Counted from the first letter of the stretch, positions 1 to 11,592 are shown. The stretch is DNA of 64,000 nt from an uncultured Dehalococcoidaceae bacterium (GCA_964565075.1 CAZMCK010000003.1:35016-99015), one strand, 5' to 3'. The notes: generated by a model from the sequence alone, not told the origin. Made by a program: numbers and translations.

Positions 1-399
1 CCACTACCTGATCCCACCGCCCTCCGCGCCCGCCTCGAGGCGTCCCGGACGTCGCTGCTCGACGCCATCGCGCGGCTGACCGAGCAGGACTTCGCCACGG
101 ACCTCGGCGACGGGCAGAGCGTCGTCGCGCTCCTCGCCGCACTCGCCGCCGACGAGCGCGAAGCGGCCGCCGCGGTCGGCGGCGAGGCGGTGGTGCTGCC
201 GGGCCGGGAGTCGACCGCCTCGCTCGCGCCGCAGGCCGTCCACGACCTCGCCGGGGCGCGCTTCGAGACGCTGCGCGTCCTCGACGCCGTCGAGGGCTCG
301 GCGGAGCCGGACGACGCCGCACTTGCAGCGATCAGCGCGACGGCGGAGCGCGAGGAGGCCGCGGCGGGGCGGATTCGCGAGAGATTCGCGGGAGCGTGA
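1..399 (+). CDS. hypothetical protein, 5' end cut by window edge (last 132 codons)
   Basis: Frame 1 is open from base 1 to TGA 397-399 with mostly G/C-ending codons. Track ORF 190..399 is its in-frame tail. No family recognised. Confidence 0.45.
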   Translation, partial: PLPDPTALRARLEASRTSLLDAIARLTEQDFATDLGDGQSVVALLAALAADEREAAAAVGGEAVVLPGRESTASLAPQAVHDLAGARFETLRVLDAVEGSAEPDDAALAAISATAEREEAAAGRIRERFAGA

Positions 400-447
400 C
401 GCCAACCCGTAACGATCCGGCGCGAGTGGTGTCTTAACAGACAGAGC

Positions 448-2587
448 ATGAGCACCATCGAAGACGTCAAGGCGCGACTCGACATCGTCGAGACCGTCGG
501 CAGCTACGTCCCCAACCTCAAGCGCAGCGGGCGCACGTGGAAGGCGAACTGCCCCTTCCACAACGAGCGCACGCCCTCCTTCATCGTCGACCCCTCGCGC
601 GGCAGCTGGCACTGCTTCGGCGCCTGTTCGACCGGCGGCGACGTGATCGAGTTCGTGCGCCGCATCGAGGGGCTGGACTTCCGCGAAGCCCTCGGGCGCT
701 GCGCGGAGCGCGCCGGCGTCGAGCTGCGCCCGCCGACGCCCCGCGAGGTCGAGCGCCGCGAGGAGCACGAGCGGCTGCTGGCAGCGAACGACGCGGCCAC
801 GCTGTTCTACCAGGCGCAGCTCGGCGGGCCGCATGGCGCGTCGGCGCGCGAGTACGCGGAGCGGCGCGGCCTGGACGCGGCGACGCAGCGCCAGTGGCAG
901 CTGGGCTACGCGCCCGACGAGTGGAGCGCGCTGACCGACCACCTCACCGCGCGCGGCTTCCAGGACCGCGAGCTCGTCGCCGCCGGCCTCGCCATCGAGG
1001 GCCAGCGCGGCCTCTACGACCGCTTCCGCGGCCGGCTGGTCTTCCCCACGCGCGACGTGCGAGGCCGCATGGTCGGCTTCGGCGGACGTGCGCTCGGCGC
1101 CGACCAGGAGCCGAAGTACCTCAACACGCCGCGCACGCCGCTGTTCGACAAGAGCGGCACGCTCTACGGCCTCGACCGCGGCGGCATCGAGGCGCGCCGC
1201 CAGGACCGCCTGATTGTCGTCGAGGGCTACATGGACGTGATCGCCTGCCACCAGGCGGGCATCGAGAACGTCGCCGCCTCGATGGGGACGGCGATCACCG
1301 AGGCGCAGATGCAGCTCATCAAGCGCTTCACGCCCAACGTCGTGCTCGCCCTCGATGCCGACAACGCCGGCAGCGAGGCGACGATCCGCGCCGTCGAGGT
1401 GGCCTCGGGCGCGGCCGACTCGGACACCGTCGCCACCATCGACTGGCGCGGGCTGGTCTCGTACCAGAACGTGCTGCAGGCCGACATCCGCATCGCCGCG
1501 ATCCCGGAGGGCGAGGACCCGGACTCGCTGGTCCGCTCCGACCCCGCGCGGCTGCGCGCACTCATCGACGAGGCGAAGCCCGTCGCCGACCACCTCTTCG
1601 AGGCGGTCGCGGAACGCACCGACCTGGACGACGCGCGGGCGCGTTCCCGTGCGGTCGAGGCGATCGTGCCGACCGTGGCGGCGATGGCGGACCCGATCGT
1701 CCGCGCGGAGTACGTGCAGCGCCTCGCGCGCCTCGGGCGCGTGGACGAGCGCACCGTGACTGAGCTACTCGCCCAGCGCGCGCCTGTGCAACGCCGTTCA
1801 CGCCGTACCGCTGACGACACACCACCGGCCCCCGGGCCGGACGAAGCTCCCACGCGCCCGACGCCGGTACCTTCAGCGCGCGAGCTCGCGCAGGCGACGC
1901 GTCGCAACTCAAGCGGCGCGCAATCCAATCCGGCACTCGCCGACGTAGAACCGGGTGAGCTGCAATTGCTGCGGCCGCTGCTCCTGCGTCCTGACTGCAG
2001 GGAGGCCGGCCTCGAACTCGACCCTGACATCTTCGAGTATGGCGCGAACCGGCGTCTCTTCGAGGCGTGGCGCCAGGATGATGATTTCGTCGCGCGCATC
2101 CAGGAACTCGACGAAGAGTCGCAAGCGCACTTCGTGCTGCTCACGGAGGCCGGTCTGCCAGAGGCCTACGAGACGATGGTCGGGTCTCAGCTTTGTGCAG
2201 TGATTAGCAAGACCGCGAAGGCGCTCCGCGAGCGGCGCCGAAAGGAACGGCTCAGTGCCGAGGGTGTCGCTGTCGCTCACGAGATTGCGGAAGCTCGGCG
2301 CGGGGGAGCCGACGTCCTTGAGTTCGCCCGCGTTGCAGAGCAGCGCGGACCTCTCCCGTCTAGCAGCACGAGCGCGAACGCCGAGCTTGCGGCGAACTTC
2401 GTGGAACTCAGCAGACAGGAACGCGACGAGGTCCGACCGACAAGAGGGAACGGCGGCGAGGTCGCGGGCGGCGGCGAGAACGGCGATAATGGGTCTACCG
2501 CACAGACCCACGAAACAGCGTACGAGCAGGCAGGCGCCGGCGCGCCGTCACGAGCGGCGCCGGTAACGGAAGCGATGGAGGAGCCAG

Positions 2588-2604
<17 letters not shown>
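448..2604 (+). CDS. dnaG: DNA primase DnaG
   Basis: 718-aa ORF with CHC2 zinc finger ([18 protein letters not shown]) and Toprim motifs ([19 protein letters not shown]). Classic dnaG-rpoD arrangement. Confidence 0.95.
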
Positions 2605-4105
<1,501 letters not shown>

Positions 4106-4148
4106 CTCAGGTAGACTCTCCGCGAACGCGGACCGGAAGGGAGCCACC

Positions 4149-4397
4149 GTGCCGATCTACGAGTACCGCTGCCTCGAGGATGGCTGCGACGCCGAGTACG
4201 AGGAGCGCCGCTCGATCTCCGCGATGGATGAGAAGCGCGCCTGCCCCACGTGCGGCTCGCATTCGATCGAGCGCAAGCTCAACATGAGCTTCGCCTACGT
4301 CGGTAGCTACAACGCCGCGGAGACCGGCCCGCCACTCGACGACACCTTCGACCCGGAGGGTGGCCTGGACGACGACTTCGAGTTCGACGACTTCTAG
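4149..4397 (+). CDS. FmdB-family zinc-ribbon protein, copy 1 (acidic tail)
   Basis: GTG start 5 nt after GGAAGGGAG. MPIYEYRC..CPTCGS is the FmdB CxxC..CxxC signature. Confidence 0.8.
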   Translation: MPIYEYRCLEDGCDAEYEERRSISAMDEKRACPTCGSHSIERKLNMSFAYVGSYNAAETGPPLDDTFDPEGGLDDDFEFDDF

Positions 4398-4450
4398 CCG
4401 GCCGCCCCGTACCGAACGGGCGCGGCGCGGGCGCGGCACGGAGGCCAACC

Positions 4451-4726
4451 ATGCCGATCTACGAGTACCGCTGCCTCGAAGACGCCTGCGACGCCGAGTA
4501 CGAGGAGCGCCGCTCGATCTCCGCGATGGATGAGCAGCGGGCCTGCCCCACGTGCGGCTCGATGGCGACCGAGCGCCTGCTCCCCTCGCGCTTCGTCGTG
4601 CCGACCGGCGCGCAGCGCGACGACCGTGGCGCCTACGACCCGGGAGTGGCCGCCGAGTACGCCCGCATCCAGCAGCAGCCCGACCCGGACGCCATGACCA
4701 CCGAGGAGTGGTTCCACGACCCGTAG
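4451..4726 (+). CDS. FmdB-family zinc-ribbon protein, copy 2
   Basis: ATG after a GGAGG site. The first 37 codons are near-identical to copy 1 and the tail differs. Confidence 0.8.
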   Translation: MPIYEYRCLEDACDAEYEERRSISAMDEQRACPTCGSMATERLLPSRFVVPTGAQRDDRGAYDPGVAAEYARIQQQPDPDAMTTEEWFHDP

Positions 4727-4747
4727 GCCATTTGGGCGAGGCCCGGC

Positions 4748-5581
4748 TCAGTCGCCTGCTTCGGTCACCGCATCGGAATCCACGACCGGCGCATCGTCCG
4801 AGGCGACCCCCGGCTGGACGTTCCTCGCGTACCACTCGTAGCCGTACGCCGCCGCCCACAGCAGCCCGCCGCACGCCGCCGCGAGCAGCCCGACGGCGAG
4901 CGTGACGTCGAACCAGAACCCCTGCGGATACATCTGCACCAGGTGGTCGCGCTTCGGGTCGAGCTGCCAGAAGTCATTGGCGAACGACAGGACGTGGAAC
5001 TGGCGGAACAGCGCGTCGAACCCCACCACGACCGCCGACGCCGCCACGCCGAGCAGCGCGACCGTCCCGATCCCGGCGAACCGTACGGCCCTCGCCAGCT
5101 CGTCGACCGGCCGCTCGCGGTTCCAGACGAGCACTGCGACCACGAACGCGACGACGTACACGAAGGCTGCCTCGTGCACCCGGAACGCGAGTTGCATCAG
5201 GTCCTTCACGTCCTTCATGTGCAGCACCTCGCGCTCGTTGAAGAGCGCCCGCTCCTGCCCGCCGACCCGCACGACGATGGCGAGGAACTCCTCGTCGTTC
5301 CCGAAGTAGCGGATGATCTCGCGGGCGGCCTCGTCGAGCTGGCCGCGGTCGATGCCGCTGCGCTCGACGGCGTCGTAGCGCGAGAAGCCGTACTCGTGCA
5401 CCCACGGCTCGACCGCGGCGATGCGCACGAACGTCAGCACGAGGAATACGGGGACGGCGACGAGGAAGAGTCCGGCCGCCGCGCGTCGGAGTACCAGCAC
5501 CCCGCGAGTATACTGCCGGGCATGGTGGATGCCCCCGACTCCAGGCGGCGACGGTGACCACGCCAGCTCGCGCCGCACCAT
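4748..5581 (-). CDS. TIGR01906/DUF1461-family integral membrane protein (Lit-like)
   Basis: N-terminal TM segment, then YGFSRYD..IIRYF..ALFNEREVLHMKDVKDL, typical of DUF1461, plus C-terminal TM segments. The true start is probably internal because the annotated start overlaps mazG. Confidence 0.75.
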   Translation of the reverse strand: MVRRELAWSPSPPGVGGIHHARQYTRGVLVLRRAAAGLFLVAVPVFLVLTFVRIAAVEPWVHEYGFSRYDAVERSGIDRGQLDEAAREIIRYFGNDEEFLAIVVRVGGQERALFNEREVLHMKDVKDLMQLAFRVHEAAFVYVVAFVVAVLVWNRERPVDELARAVRFAGIGTVALLGVAASAVVVGFDALFRQFHVLSFANDFWQLDPKRDHLVQMYPQGFWFDVTLAVGLLAAACGGLLWAAAYGYEWYARNVQPGVASDDAPVVDSDAVTEAGD

Positions 5582-6561
5582 CCCTCGACGCCATCCTCGA
5601 CGCGTTCGGGCTCGCCCCCAGCGAGCTGCAGGCCTTTGACCCCGCGCACCCGCACGTCGACGCGCAGCGCCCGCTGCTGGTGCTAGCGCCGCAGCGCGAG
5701 GAGGCCGCCGAGGTCATCGCCGCGCGCTACCCGCACGGGCACGAGGTTATGTCGCTCACCAGCAGCGGCGTGGCACCCTCGACCACCGACGCCCTCGACC
5801 TCGCCGCGCCGGCCGAGGCGTGGCTCGTCGCGGCGCTCGCGCCCGAGCAGGACGCGCGATCGCTGGCCGGGCTGCGCGCGATCATGGAGCGCCTCTACAG
5901 CCCCGACGGCTGCCCGTGGGACTACGAGCAGACACACGAGTCGCTGCGCAGCTACCTCATCGAGGAGTCCTACGAGGCGATCGAGGCCATCGACCGCGGG
6001 GACCTCGAGGGGCTGCGCGAGGAGCTCGGCGACATCCTGTTACAGGTCTTCTTCCACGCCGTCGTCGCGCAGGCGAACGGCGCGTTCACCCTGGACGACG
6101 TGGCCGAGACGATCGCCCGCAAGATGGTCCGTCGCCACCCGCACGTCTTCGGCGACGCCGAGCGCGGCTCGAGCGCCGAGGAGCAGTGGACGCGCTGGGA
6201 CGCCATCAAGGCCGAGGAACGCGCCGAGGCGGGCAAGAGCGGCGAGGACGACTCGCCCTTCGCCTCGCTCCCCCTCGCCCTCCCGGCGCTGCAGCGCGCG
6301 CAGTCCGTGCTCGGCCGCGCCGCGCGCGCGGGCCTCGCCGAGACGCCGACGGCCGAACGTACCGTCGCGGCACTCGCGGCAGCCGCGCAGGCGCTGGAAG
6401 GGGCCGCCGGCGACGAGCGCGACGAGCGACTGGGCGCGCTGCTGTGGGCTGCGGCGGCCTATGCGCGCGCCGAGGACGTCGACGCCGAGGGCGCGCTCCG
6501 CGAGCACACCGGCCGGTTCATCGCCGGGGCGACCTCGGACGCCGCGGGCGGCGGCGGGTAA
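5554..6561 (+). CDS. mazG: MazG nucleoside triphosphate pyrophosphohydrolase with about 90-aa N-terminal extension
   Basis: CPWDYEQTHESLRSYLIEESYEAIEAI..ELGDILLQVFFHA and a second MazG repeat (FASLPLALPALQRAQ). Start uncertain. Confidence 0.85.
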   Translation: MTTPARAAPSLDAILDAFGLAPSELQAFDPAHPHVDAQRPLLVLAPQREEAAEVIAARYPHGHEVMSLTSSGVAPSTTDALDLAAPAEAWLVAALAPEQDARSLAGLRAIMERLYSPDGCPWDYEQTHESLRSYLIEESYEAIEAIDRGDLEGLREELGDILLQVFFHAVVAQANGAFTLDDVAETIARKMVRRHPHVFGDAERGSSAEEQWTRWDAIKAEERAEAGKSGEDDSPFASLPLALPALQRAQSVLGRAARAGLAETPTAERTVAALAAAAQALEGAAGDERDERLGALLWAAAAYARAEDVDAEGALREHTGRFIAGATSDAAGGGG

Positions 6562-6654
6562 CGCAAGACGGGATACCGGGGGGTGGTACACTGCCCTCAG
6601 GAGCACCCGTACGCGCCGCGCATTGCGCGGACCCCCACAGAGAGGACCTGATTG

Positions 6655-7239
6655 ATGGCTAGCGAGACATCCGTAGTCACGCCCGAGCGCTTCGCCGAGG
6701 GCATCCCCACGTTCGCCGAGTGGATGGACCAGATCGAGGTCCGCAAGGAAGAGTTCCAGCGCCACTACGACGAGTTCGACCCGGACGCCGGGGACATCGC
6801 CGCCATCCAGTCGATGGTCGAGGAGCATGGCGTCAAGGCGCTCTGCCTCGGCGAGGACTGGTGCCCGGATGTCTGGCGCGGCATCCCCGTGATCGCGAAG
6901 ATCGCCGAGGCGACGGGTATGGAGCTGCGGATCTTCTTCCGCGACAAGAACAAGGACATCATGTCCGAGTTCCTCAACCAGGGTGAGTTCGAGTCGATCC
7001 CGACGATCGTCTTCTACGACGGCAACCACCGCTACCTCGGCCACTGGATCGAGCGCCCCGTCCTCGCCAACGAGGAGATGGACGGGCTGCGCGGCATGCT
7101 GAGCGGCGTCGAGCGCGGCACCCCGGCCTTCGACGAAGCGCGCGCACGCTACAACGAGGAGACCTGGAAGCTGGCGCCGAACTGGCGTCACGCCTCGGTC
7201 ACCGAGATGCGCGCGCTCATCGAGGAGGGCCTGGGCTAG
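6655..7239 (+). CDS. thioredoxin-fold family protein (WCPD motif)
   Basis: ATG 8 nt after GAGAGGA (the track start at 6652 is a TTG one codon upstream). LGEDWCPDVWRGIP..SIPTIVFYD is thioredoxin-like. Confidence 0.7.
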   Translation: MASETSVVTPERFAEGIPTFAEWMDQIEVRKEEFQRHYDEFDPDAGDIAAIQSMVEEHGVKALCLGEDWCPDVWRGIPVIAKIAEATGMELRIFFRDKNKDIMSEFLNQGEFESIPTIVFYDGNHRYLGHWIERPVLANEEMDGLRGMLSGVERGTPAFDEARARYNEETWKLAPNWRHASVTEMRALIEEGLG

Positions 7240-7267
7240 GTCGCAGCGGCCCGGATAGGAGAGCGCC

Positions 7268-7444
7268 ATGACGCTCGGTCCCCTCGGCCCCATGTCGCAG
7301 CAGCACGCGGACGAGGAAGTCCGTCGTGTGGGTGAGCGCGAGCGCATGCGCGGCGAGGGGCGCACCTTCGGGCACGACCTGCTGAACGCCGCCTACCTGT
7401 TGCGCCGGCTCACCCGCAGGTTGCTGAGGCTGGTCGGCCGCTGA
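7268..7444 (+). CDS. unannotated 58-codon ORF, basic small protein, paralogue A
   Basis: ATG preceded by GGAGAG. Below the track cutoff. Paralogous to the next ORF, with the same length and frame. Confidence 0.5.
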   Translation: MTLGPLGPMSQQHADEEVRRVGERERMRGEGRTFGHDLLNAAYLLRRLTRRLLRLVGR

Positions 7445-7477
7445 TCGCCGCTCCGCGCGAGCACGAAGGAGGTCCCC

Positions 7478-7654
7478 GTGGCCTTCGGACCCGGCGGATC
7501 GATGTCCGAGTTGCACGCCAACGCGGGCGCACGGCGCGCCCGTGAGCGTGCGGAACTGCGCGGGCAACGGCGCACGTTCCTCTACGACATCCTGAACGCA
7601 GCCTACCTAGCACGCCGGCTCACCCGGCGGCTGCGCCGGCTGCTCCGGCGCTGA
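7478..7654 (+). CDS. unannotated 58-codon ORF, basic small protein, paralogue B
   Basis: GTG preceded by GAAGGAGG. 33/58 residues identical to paralogue A by hand alignment (core RTF..D.LNAAYL.RRLTRRL.RL). Confidence 0.5.
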   Translation: MAFGPGGSMSELHANAGARRARERAELRGQRRTFLYDILNAAYLARRLTRRLRRLLRR

Positions 7655-7749
7655 CCCGGCAACCCTGCGATCGAACCAGCGAGGCGGCCCGGCGGGCCGC
7701 CTCCTGCTATCTGGCGATGGAGAGACGGGGCGCGCGACGCGCGGTCCGG

Positions 7750-8451
7750 CTATCGGCCTGCCCGGCCCCCGGAAGAGCTGCGCCCGGGGCGCGCCGAGAT
7801 GGGGACGGTCTCCGTTGCGCGCGGCCGGCGCGGCGGATCCGGCACGTCCTGCAGGGGCTCGGCGGGCGCGTCGCCGGAGGCCTGTTCCGCCGTCTCGAGT
7901 CCGGCTCGCTCGGACGCGTCGCTGCGGCGCTGGCGTTGCATGGAGCAGTACGGGCAATGCCGCCACGCGTTGTGCAGGAGCCGGTCGCACCCGGGACAGG
8001 GCTCCTTGAGTTCGTAGCTGCAGAAGGCGCAGATCGCCCAGTCCGGCTCGACGGGCCTCCGGCACTCCGGACACGTCGGCACCGCCTGGAGGTCGGAGAG
8101 GATCGCCTCCTGCTCGAGCTGGCGGTCGTACGCCTCGCGCAGCGTCTCGCGTGGGCGCGCGATGAGGTAGGCGGGGACGCCGACCAGCGGCAGCAGGATG
8201 ATGATCGACATGCCGATCACCTGCGTGGCGATGTCGCGCGTGCGCGCGCGGATGTCGCGGTATGCCCACAGGACGGAGGCGAGCCAGATCAGGAAGACGT
8301 ACGAGCCGACGATGAGCCCGACGATCCTCGCGGTCGTCTGCCAGTCGCCGCCGGGCCAGCCGAACGGTAGCTCCACGTACGCCTCGCAGTCCGCCTGGGG
8401 GAGCCCGCCCGTGGCTTGGGGGAGCCCGCAAGTGAGCGTACCATGAGCCAC
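7750..8451 (-). CDS. membrane protein with PLD-nuclease-N-like TM domain and double zinc ribbon
   Basis: WLASVLWAYRDI..LLPLVGVPAYLIARP (PLDc_N-like), then CPECRR..CAFCS..CPGCD..CPYCS. An alternative GTG start at 8376 follows GAGGCG. Confidence 0.65.
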   Translation of the reverse strand: MAHGTLTCGLPQATGGLPQADCEAYVELPFGWPGGDWQTTARIVGLIVGSYVFLIWLASVLWAYRDIRARTRDIATQVIGMSIIILLPLVGVPAYLIARPRETLREAYDRQLEQEAILSDLQAVPTCPECRRPVEPDWAICAFCSYELKEPCPGCDRLLHNAWRHCPYCSMQRQRRSDASERAGLETAEQASGDAPAEPLQDVPDPPRRPRATETVPISARPGRSSSGGRAGR

Positions 8452-8504
8452 CGGGACGGTCGCCGAAGCCGACCCACGCTCCTCCCCGCATCCGCCGGAC
8501 GCCG

Positions 8505-10730
8505 ATGACCACGACGCATGACGTGCTGCAAGGGCTGAACGACGCGCAACGGCGCGCCGTCGAGGTGCCCGACGGCGCGCTTCTGATCCTCGCCGGTCCG
8601 GGCTCCGGCAAGACCCGCGTCATCGCTCACCGCATCGCCTACCTCGTGCGCGAACGCGACATCGCCCCCTGGCGTGTGCTGGCCGTCACCTTCACCAACA
8701 AGGCCGCCAACGAGATGCGCGAGCGCGTCGAGGGCCTGCTCGGCGCGGACGGACTCGACGTCTCGATGGGCACGTTCCACTCGTTCTGCGCGCGCGTGCT
8801 GCGGCGCGACGGCGACGCCATCGGCGTCCCGCAGGACTACGCGATCTACGCGACCGACGACCAGCTTGCGGTGGTCCGTCAGGCCATCGAGGCGCTCAAC
8901 ATCGACCCCAAGCGCTACACGCCGCGCGCCGTGCTGTCGGCCATCTCGCGCGCGAAGAACGAGCGCCGCGACGCCGCGGCGACGCTCCGCGACGCCGGGT
9001 CGTACTTCGAGGAGATCGTCGGGCGCGTCTTCGAGCGCTACCAGGCGATGCTGCGTGAGTACGACGCGCTCGACTTCGACGACCTGCTGGGCGAGGCGCT
9101 GCGGCTGTTCGAGGAGCACCCCGACGTGCGCGAGCGCTACGGCGACCGCTACCGCCATATCCTCATCGACGAGTTCCAGGACACGAACCTCACCCAGTAC
9201 CAGCTCTCCGGCCTGCTGGCCGAGGTGCACGGCAACATCACCGCCGTCGGCGACCCCGACCAGTCGATCTACTCGTGGCGCGCCGCAGACCTGCGCAACC
9301 TGCTGCACTTCGAGCACGACTTTCCGAACGCGCAGGTCATCCTCCTGGAGCAGAACTACCGCTCGACCGGACGCATCCTGCGCTCCGCCCACGCCGTCAT
9401 CTCCGAGGCGACGGACCGCCGCGAGCGCTCGCTGTGGACCAGCAACCCCGACGGCGATCCGGTGGTCGTCGAGGAGCTCTTCGACGCGGACGAGGAGGGC
9501 CACTTCGTCGCGCTCGAGATCGGGCGGCTCATGCGCGAGCAGCAGCGCGAGTTCGCCGACTTCTCGGTGATGTACCGCACCAACGCGCAGTCGCGCGCCA
9601 TTGAGGAGGCGTGCATCCAGCAGGGCATCCGCTACCGCATCGTCGGCGGGACGCGCTTCTACGACCGTCGCGAGGTGCGCGACCTGCTGGCGTACCTGCG
9701 GCTCATCCGCAACCACGCCGACGCGGTCGCGTTCCGCCGCATCGTCAACGTCCCGGGGCGGGGCATCGGCGACCGCACGATGGAGCGGCTGCGCGAGGCG
9801 TCGGAGCAACTCGAACTGCCGCTGCTCGCCGTCGCGGCGCGCGTCGCGCGAGGCGACGACGACCCGGGGCTACCGGCGCTCCGCGGCGACATCCGCCTCG
9901 CGCTGCGCGACTTCGTCGCGCTCATCGACCGCCTCACCGCAGCGAGCGAGGAGCAGTCGGTCGCCACGCTGCTCGAGACCGTGCTCGCCGAGGTGCGCTA
10001 CCACGAGTACCTGCAGCGCAACGACGAGGACCACGCCGAGGTGCGCTGGGAGAACGTGCAGGAGCTCGTCAACGTCTCGTCGCAGTACCAGGACCTCGAA
10101 CCGGCGGCCTCGCTCGCCTCATTCCTCGAGGAGGTCGCGCTGGTCGCCGACGTCGACGATCCGGGCGCCGACGCGCCGGACGCCGTGACGCTCACGACGC
10201 TGCACGCCGCGAAGGGCCTCGAGTTTCCCGTGGTGTTCATGCCGGGCATGGAGGAGGGGCTGCTACCCCACTCGCTCTCGCTCGACGACCCCGCGCAGAT
10301 GGAGGAGGAGCGCCGCGTCTGCTACGTCGGCATGACTCGTGCGCGCGAGCGCCTCTACCTCACCCACGCCCGGCGGCGCATGCGGCAGGGCCGCTACTCC
10401 GGTGCGATCGCATCGCGGTTCCTCGATGCCCTGCCGCTCGAGGACACGGCCCGCGCGCGCACCACGCGGGGCACGCGCCCGGCCGAGACGCCCCGCGAGC
10501 GCCGCGCGGCGTACGCGGCGCGCCAGGCGGAGGGGTGGGGCGAGGACGACGGCAGCGCCGACGAGGAGCCACGCTACGCGCCGGGTGACCGCGTGCAGCA
10601 CTCGCACTTTGGTGTCGGCACTGTTGTGACTTGCGAGGTCACGCGGGGTGACCAGATGGTCACCGTTGCCTTCGAGGGGCAGGGCGTGAAGAAGTTCGCC
10701 CTGTCGATTGCCCCGCTGGAGTCGGCCTGA
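8505..10730 (+). CDS. pcrA: ATP-dependent DNA helicase PcrA/UvrD family
   Basis: 741-aa ORF with LILAGPGSGKTRV, DEFQDTN, QNYRS, VMYRTNAQSR, TLHAAKGLEFPVVF and VCYVGMTRARERL motifs. Confidence 0.95.
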   Translation: MTTTHDVLQGLNDAQRRAVEVPDGALLILAGPGSGKTRVIAHRIAYLVRERDIAPWRVLAVTFTNKAANEMRERVEGLLGADGLDVSMGTFHSFCARVLRRDGDAIGVPQDYAIYATDDQLAVVRQAIEALNIDPKRYTPRAVLSAISRAKNERRDAAATLRDAGSYFEEIVGRVFERYQAMLREYDALDFDDLLGEALRLFEEHPDVRERYGDRYRHILIDEFQDTNLTQYQLSGLLAEVHGNITAVGDPDQSIYSWRAADLRNLLHFEHDFPNAQVILLEQNYRSTGRILRSAHAVISEATDRRERSLWTSNPDGDPVVVEELFDADEEGHFVALEIGRLMREQQREFADFSVMYRTNAQSRAIEEACIQQGIRYRIVGGTRFYDRREVRDLLAYLRLIRNHADAVAFRRIVNVPGRGIGDRTMERLREASEQLELPLLAVAARVARGDDDPGLPALRGDIRLALRDFVALIDRLTAASEEQSVATLLETVLAEVRYHEYLQRNDEDHAEVRWENVQELVNVSSQYQDLEPAASLASFLEEVALVADVDDPGADAPDAVTLTTLHAAKGLEFPVVFMPGMEEGLLPHSLSLDDPAQMEEERRVCYVGMTRARERLYLTHARRRMRQGRYSGAIASRFLDALPLEDTARARTTRGTRPAETPRERRAAYAARQAEGWGEDDGSADEEPRYAPGDRVQHSHFGVGTVVTCEVTRGDQMVTVAFEGQGVKKFALSIAPLESA

Positions 10731-10733
10731 GCC

Positions 10734-11570
10734 CTAATCGCCCAGCAGGGAGGCGAGCGCGGCGTCGTCGACGGCCGCGGCCATCAGCTCGCCGATCCGC
10801 TCCACCTTCGCCTCGTGGCCGAACGGCGCGCTCCCGAAGCTGCCCTCGATGTCGCGCACGGTCTCGACCGTGCCCGCGGGCGCGACGAGCAGCGTCGTGC
10901 TACGCGAGGCCGCGACGCGGTCGAGCAGGTAGGGGCTCGGCTCGGAGCCGCCGCTCAGGATCAGGCACACCGGGTCGGTGCGCATCGCCGCGAGCGCCAC
11001 GTCGACCTTCTCGGCACGTGTGACGACGGCGCTGTCGGGGTAGCGCCCGAAGTAGTCGTCGCCCACGACGGGTGCGATCGGCCCGACGACGATGTGCCGG
11101 CAGATCGCCGCGTCGCCCTCGGTGGAGCGCACGAGCACGTTCGCGCGGCTGGCCTCGATCAGCTGCCCGACGAGCGGTGCGGCCAGGGTGCGGTCCTCGG
11201 GGATGCGCAGCGGGCCGCCGCCCGAGGCGTGCGTGGTGAGATGCAGCGTGGAGCGCTCGGGCGCGTCCGAGCCCTCGCGTGCGACGGTTACGAGCCGCGC
11301 ACCTTGCCCGGCCGCGAGTGCACCGGCATCCGCTCCGACCGGAACCTCGACGATCGTCGTGGCATCGCCGCGGGCGGCGACGTCGGCGCCGTCGACGGCC
11401 TCCGCGAAGTCGAGCATGGCGAACGTGGCGGCGTCGGCGGCCGCGCGCTCGTCGCCGCCCGTGCGGGCGATACGCACGGCGCGGCCGGAGTGTGCGATGC
11501 GGTGCGCGAGGCCGACCGCGACAGTGGTCGCGCCGGCGCCCGGCTCCCCTGCGACGACGATCACCGGCAT
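10734..11570 (-). CDS. DRTGG domain protein (phosphotransacetylase N-terminal-like)
   Basis: P-loop-like [14 protein letters not shown] at the N-terminus. C-terminal [22 protein letters not shown] resembles the DRTGG domain. Confidence 0.7.
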   Translation of the reverse strand: MPVIVVAGEPGAGATTVAVGLAHRIAHSGRAVRIARTGGDERAAADAATFAMLDFAEAVDGADVAARGDATTIVEVPVGADAGALAAGQGARLVTVAREGSDAPERSTLHLTTHASGGGPLRIPEDRTLAAPLVGQLIEASRANVLVRSTEGDAAICRHIVVGPIAPVVGDDYFGRYPDSAVVTRAEKVDVALAAMRTDPVCLILSGGSEPSPYLLDRVAASRSTTLLVAPAGTVETVRDIEGSFGSAPFGHEAKVERIGELMAAAVDDAALASLLGD

Positions 11571-11592
11571 CTCACCGTCCGATCGAAATGGT

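Noticed and set aside
4-1593. Very long ORFs antisense or out of frame to recognised genes (for example 4..1593 minus, 2645..4147 minus, 25308..27662 minus, 37238..39202 minus, 39088..40659 minus, 43752..46484 minus, 50833..52569 plus, 57030..58838 plus)
   Set aside because: Their translations are Arg/Ala/Gly/Pro-rich and have no motifs. Each overlaps a gene with clear family signatures. Stop-poor alternative frames are expected in DNA of about 70% GC.
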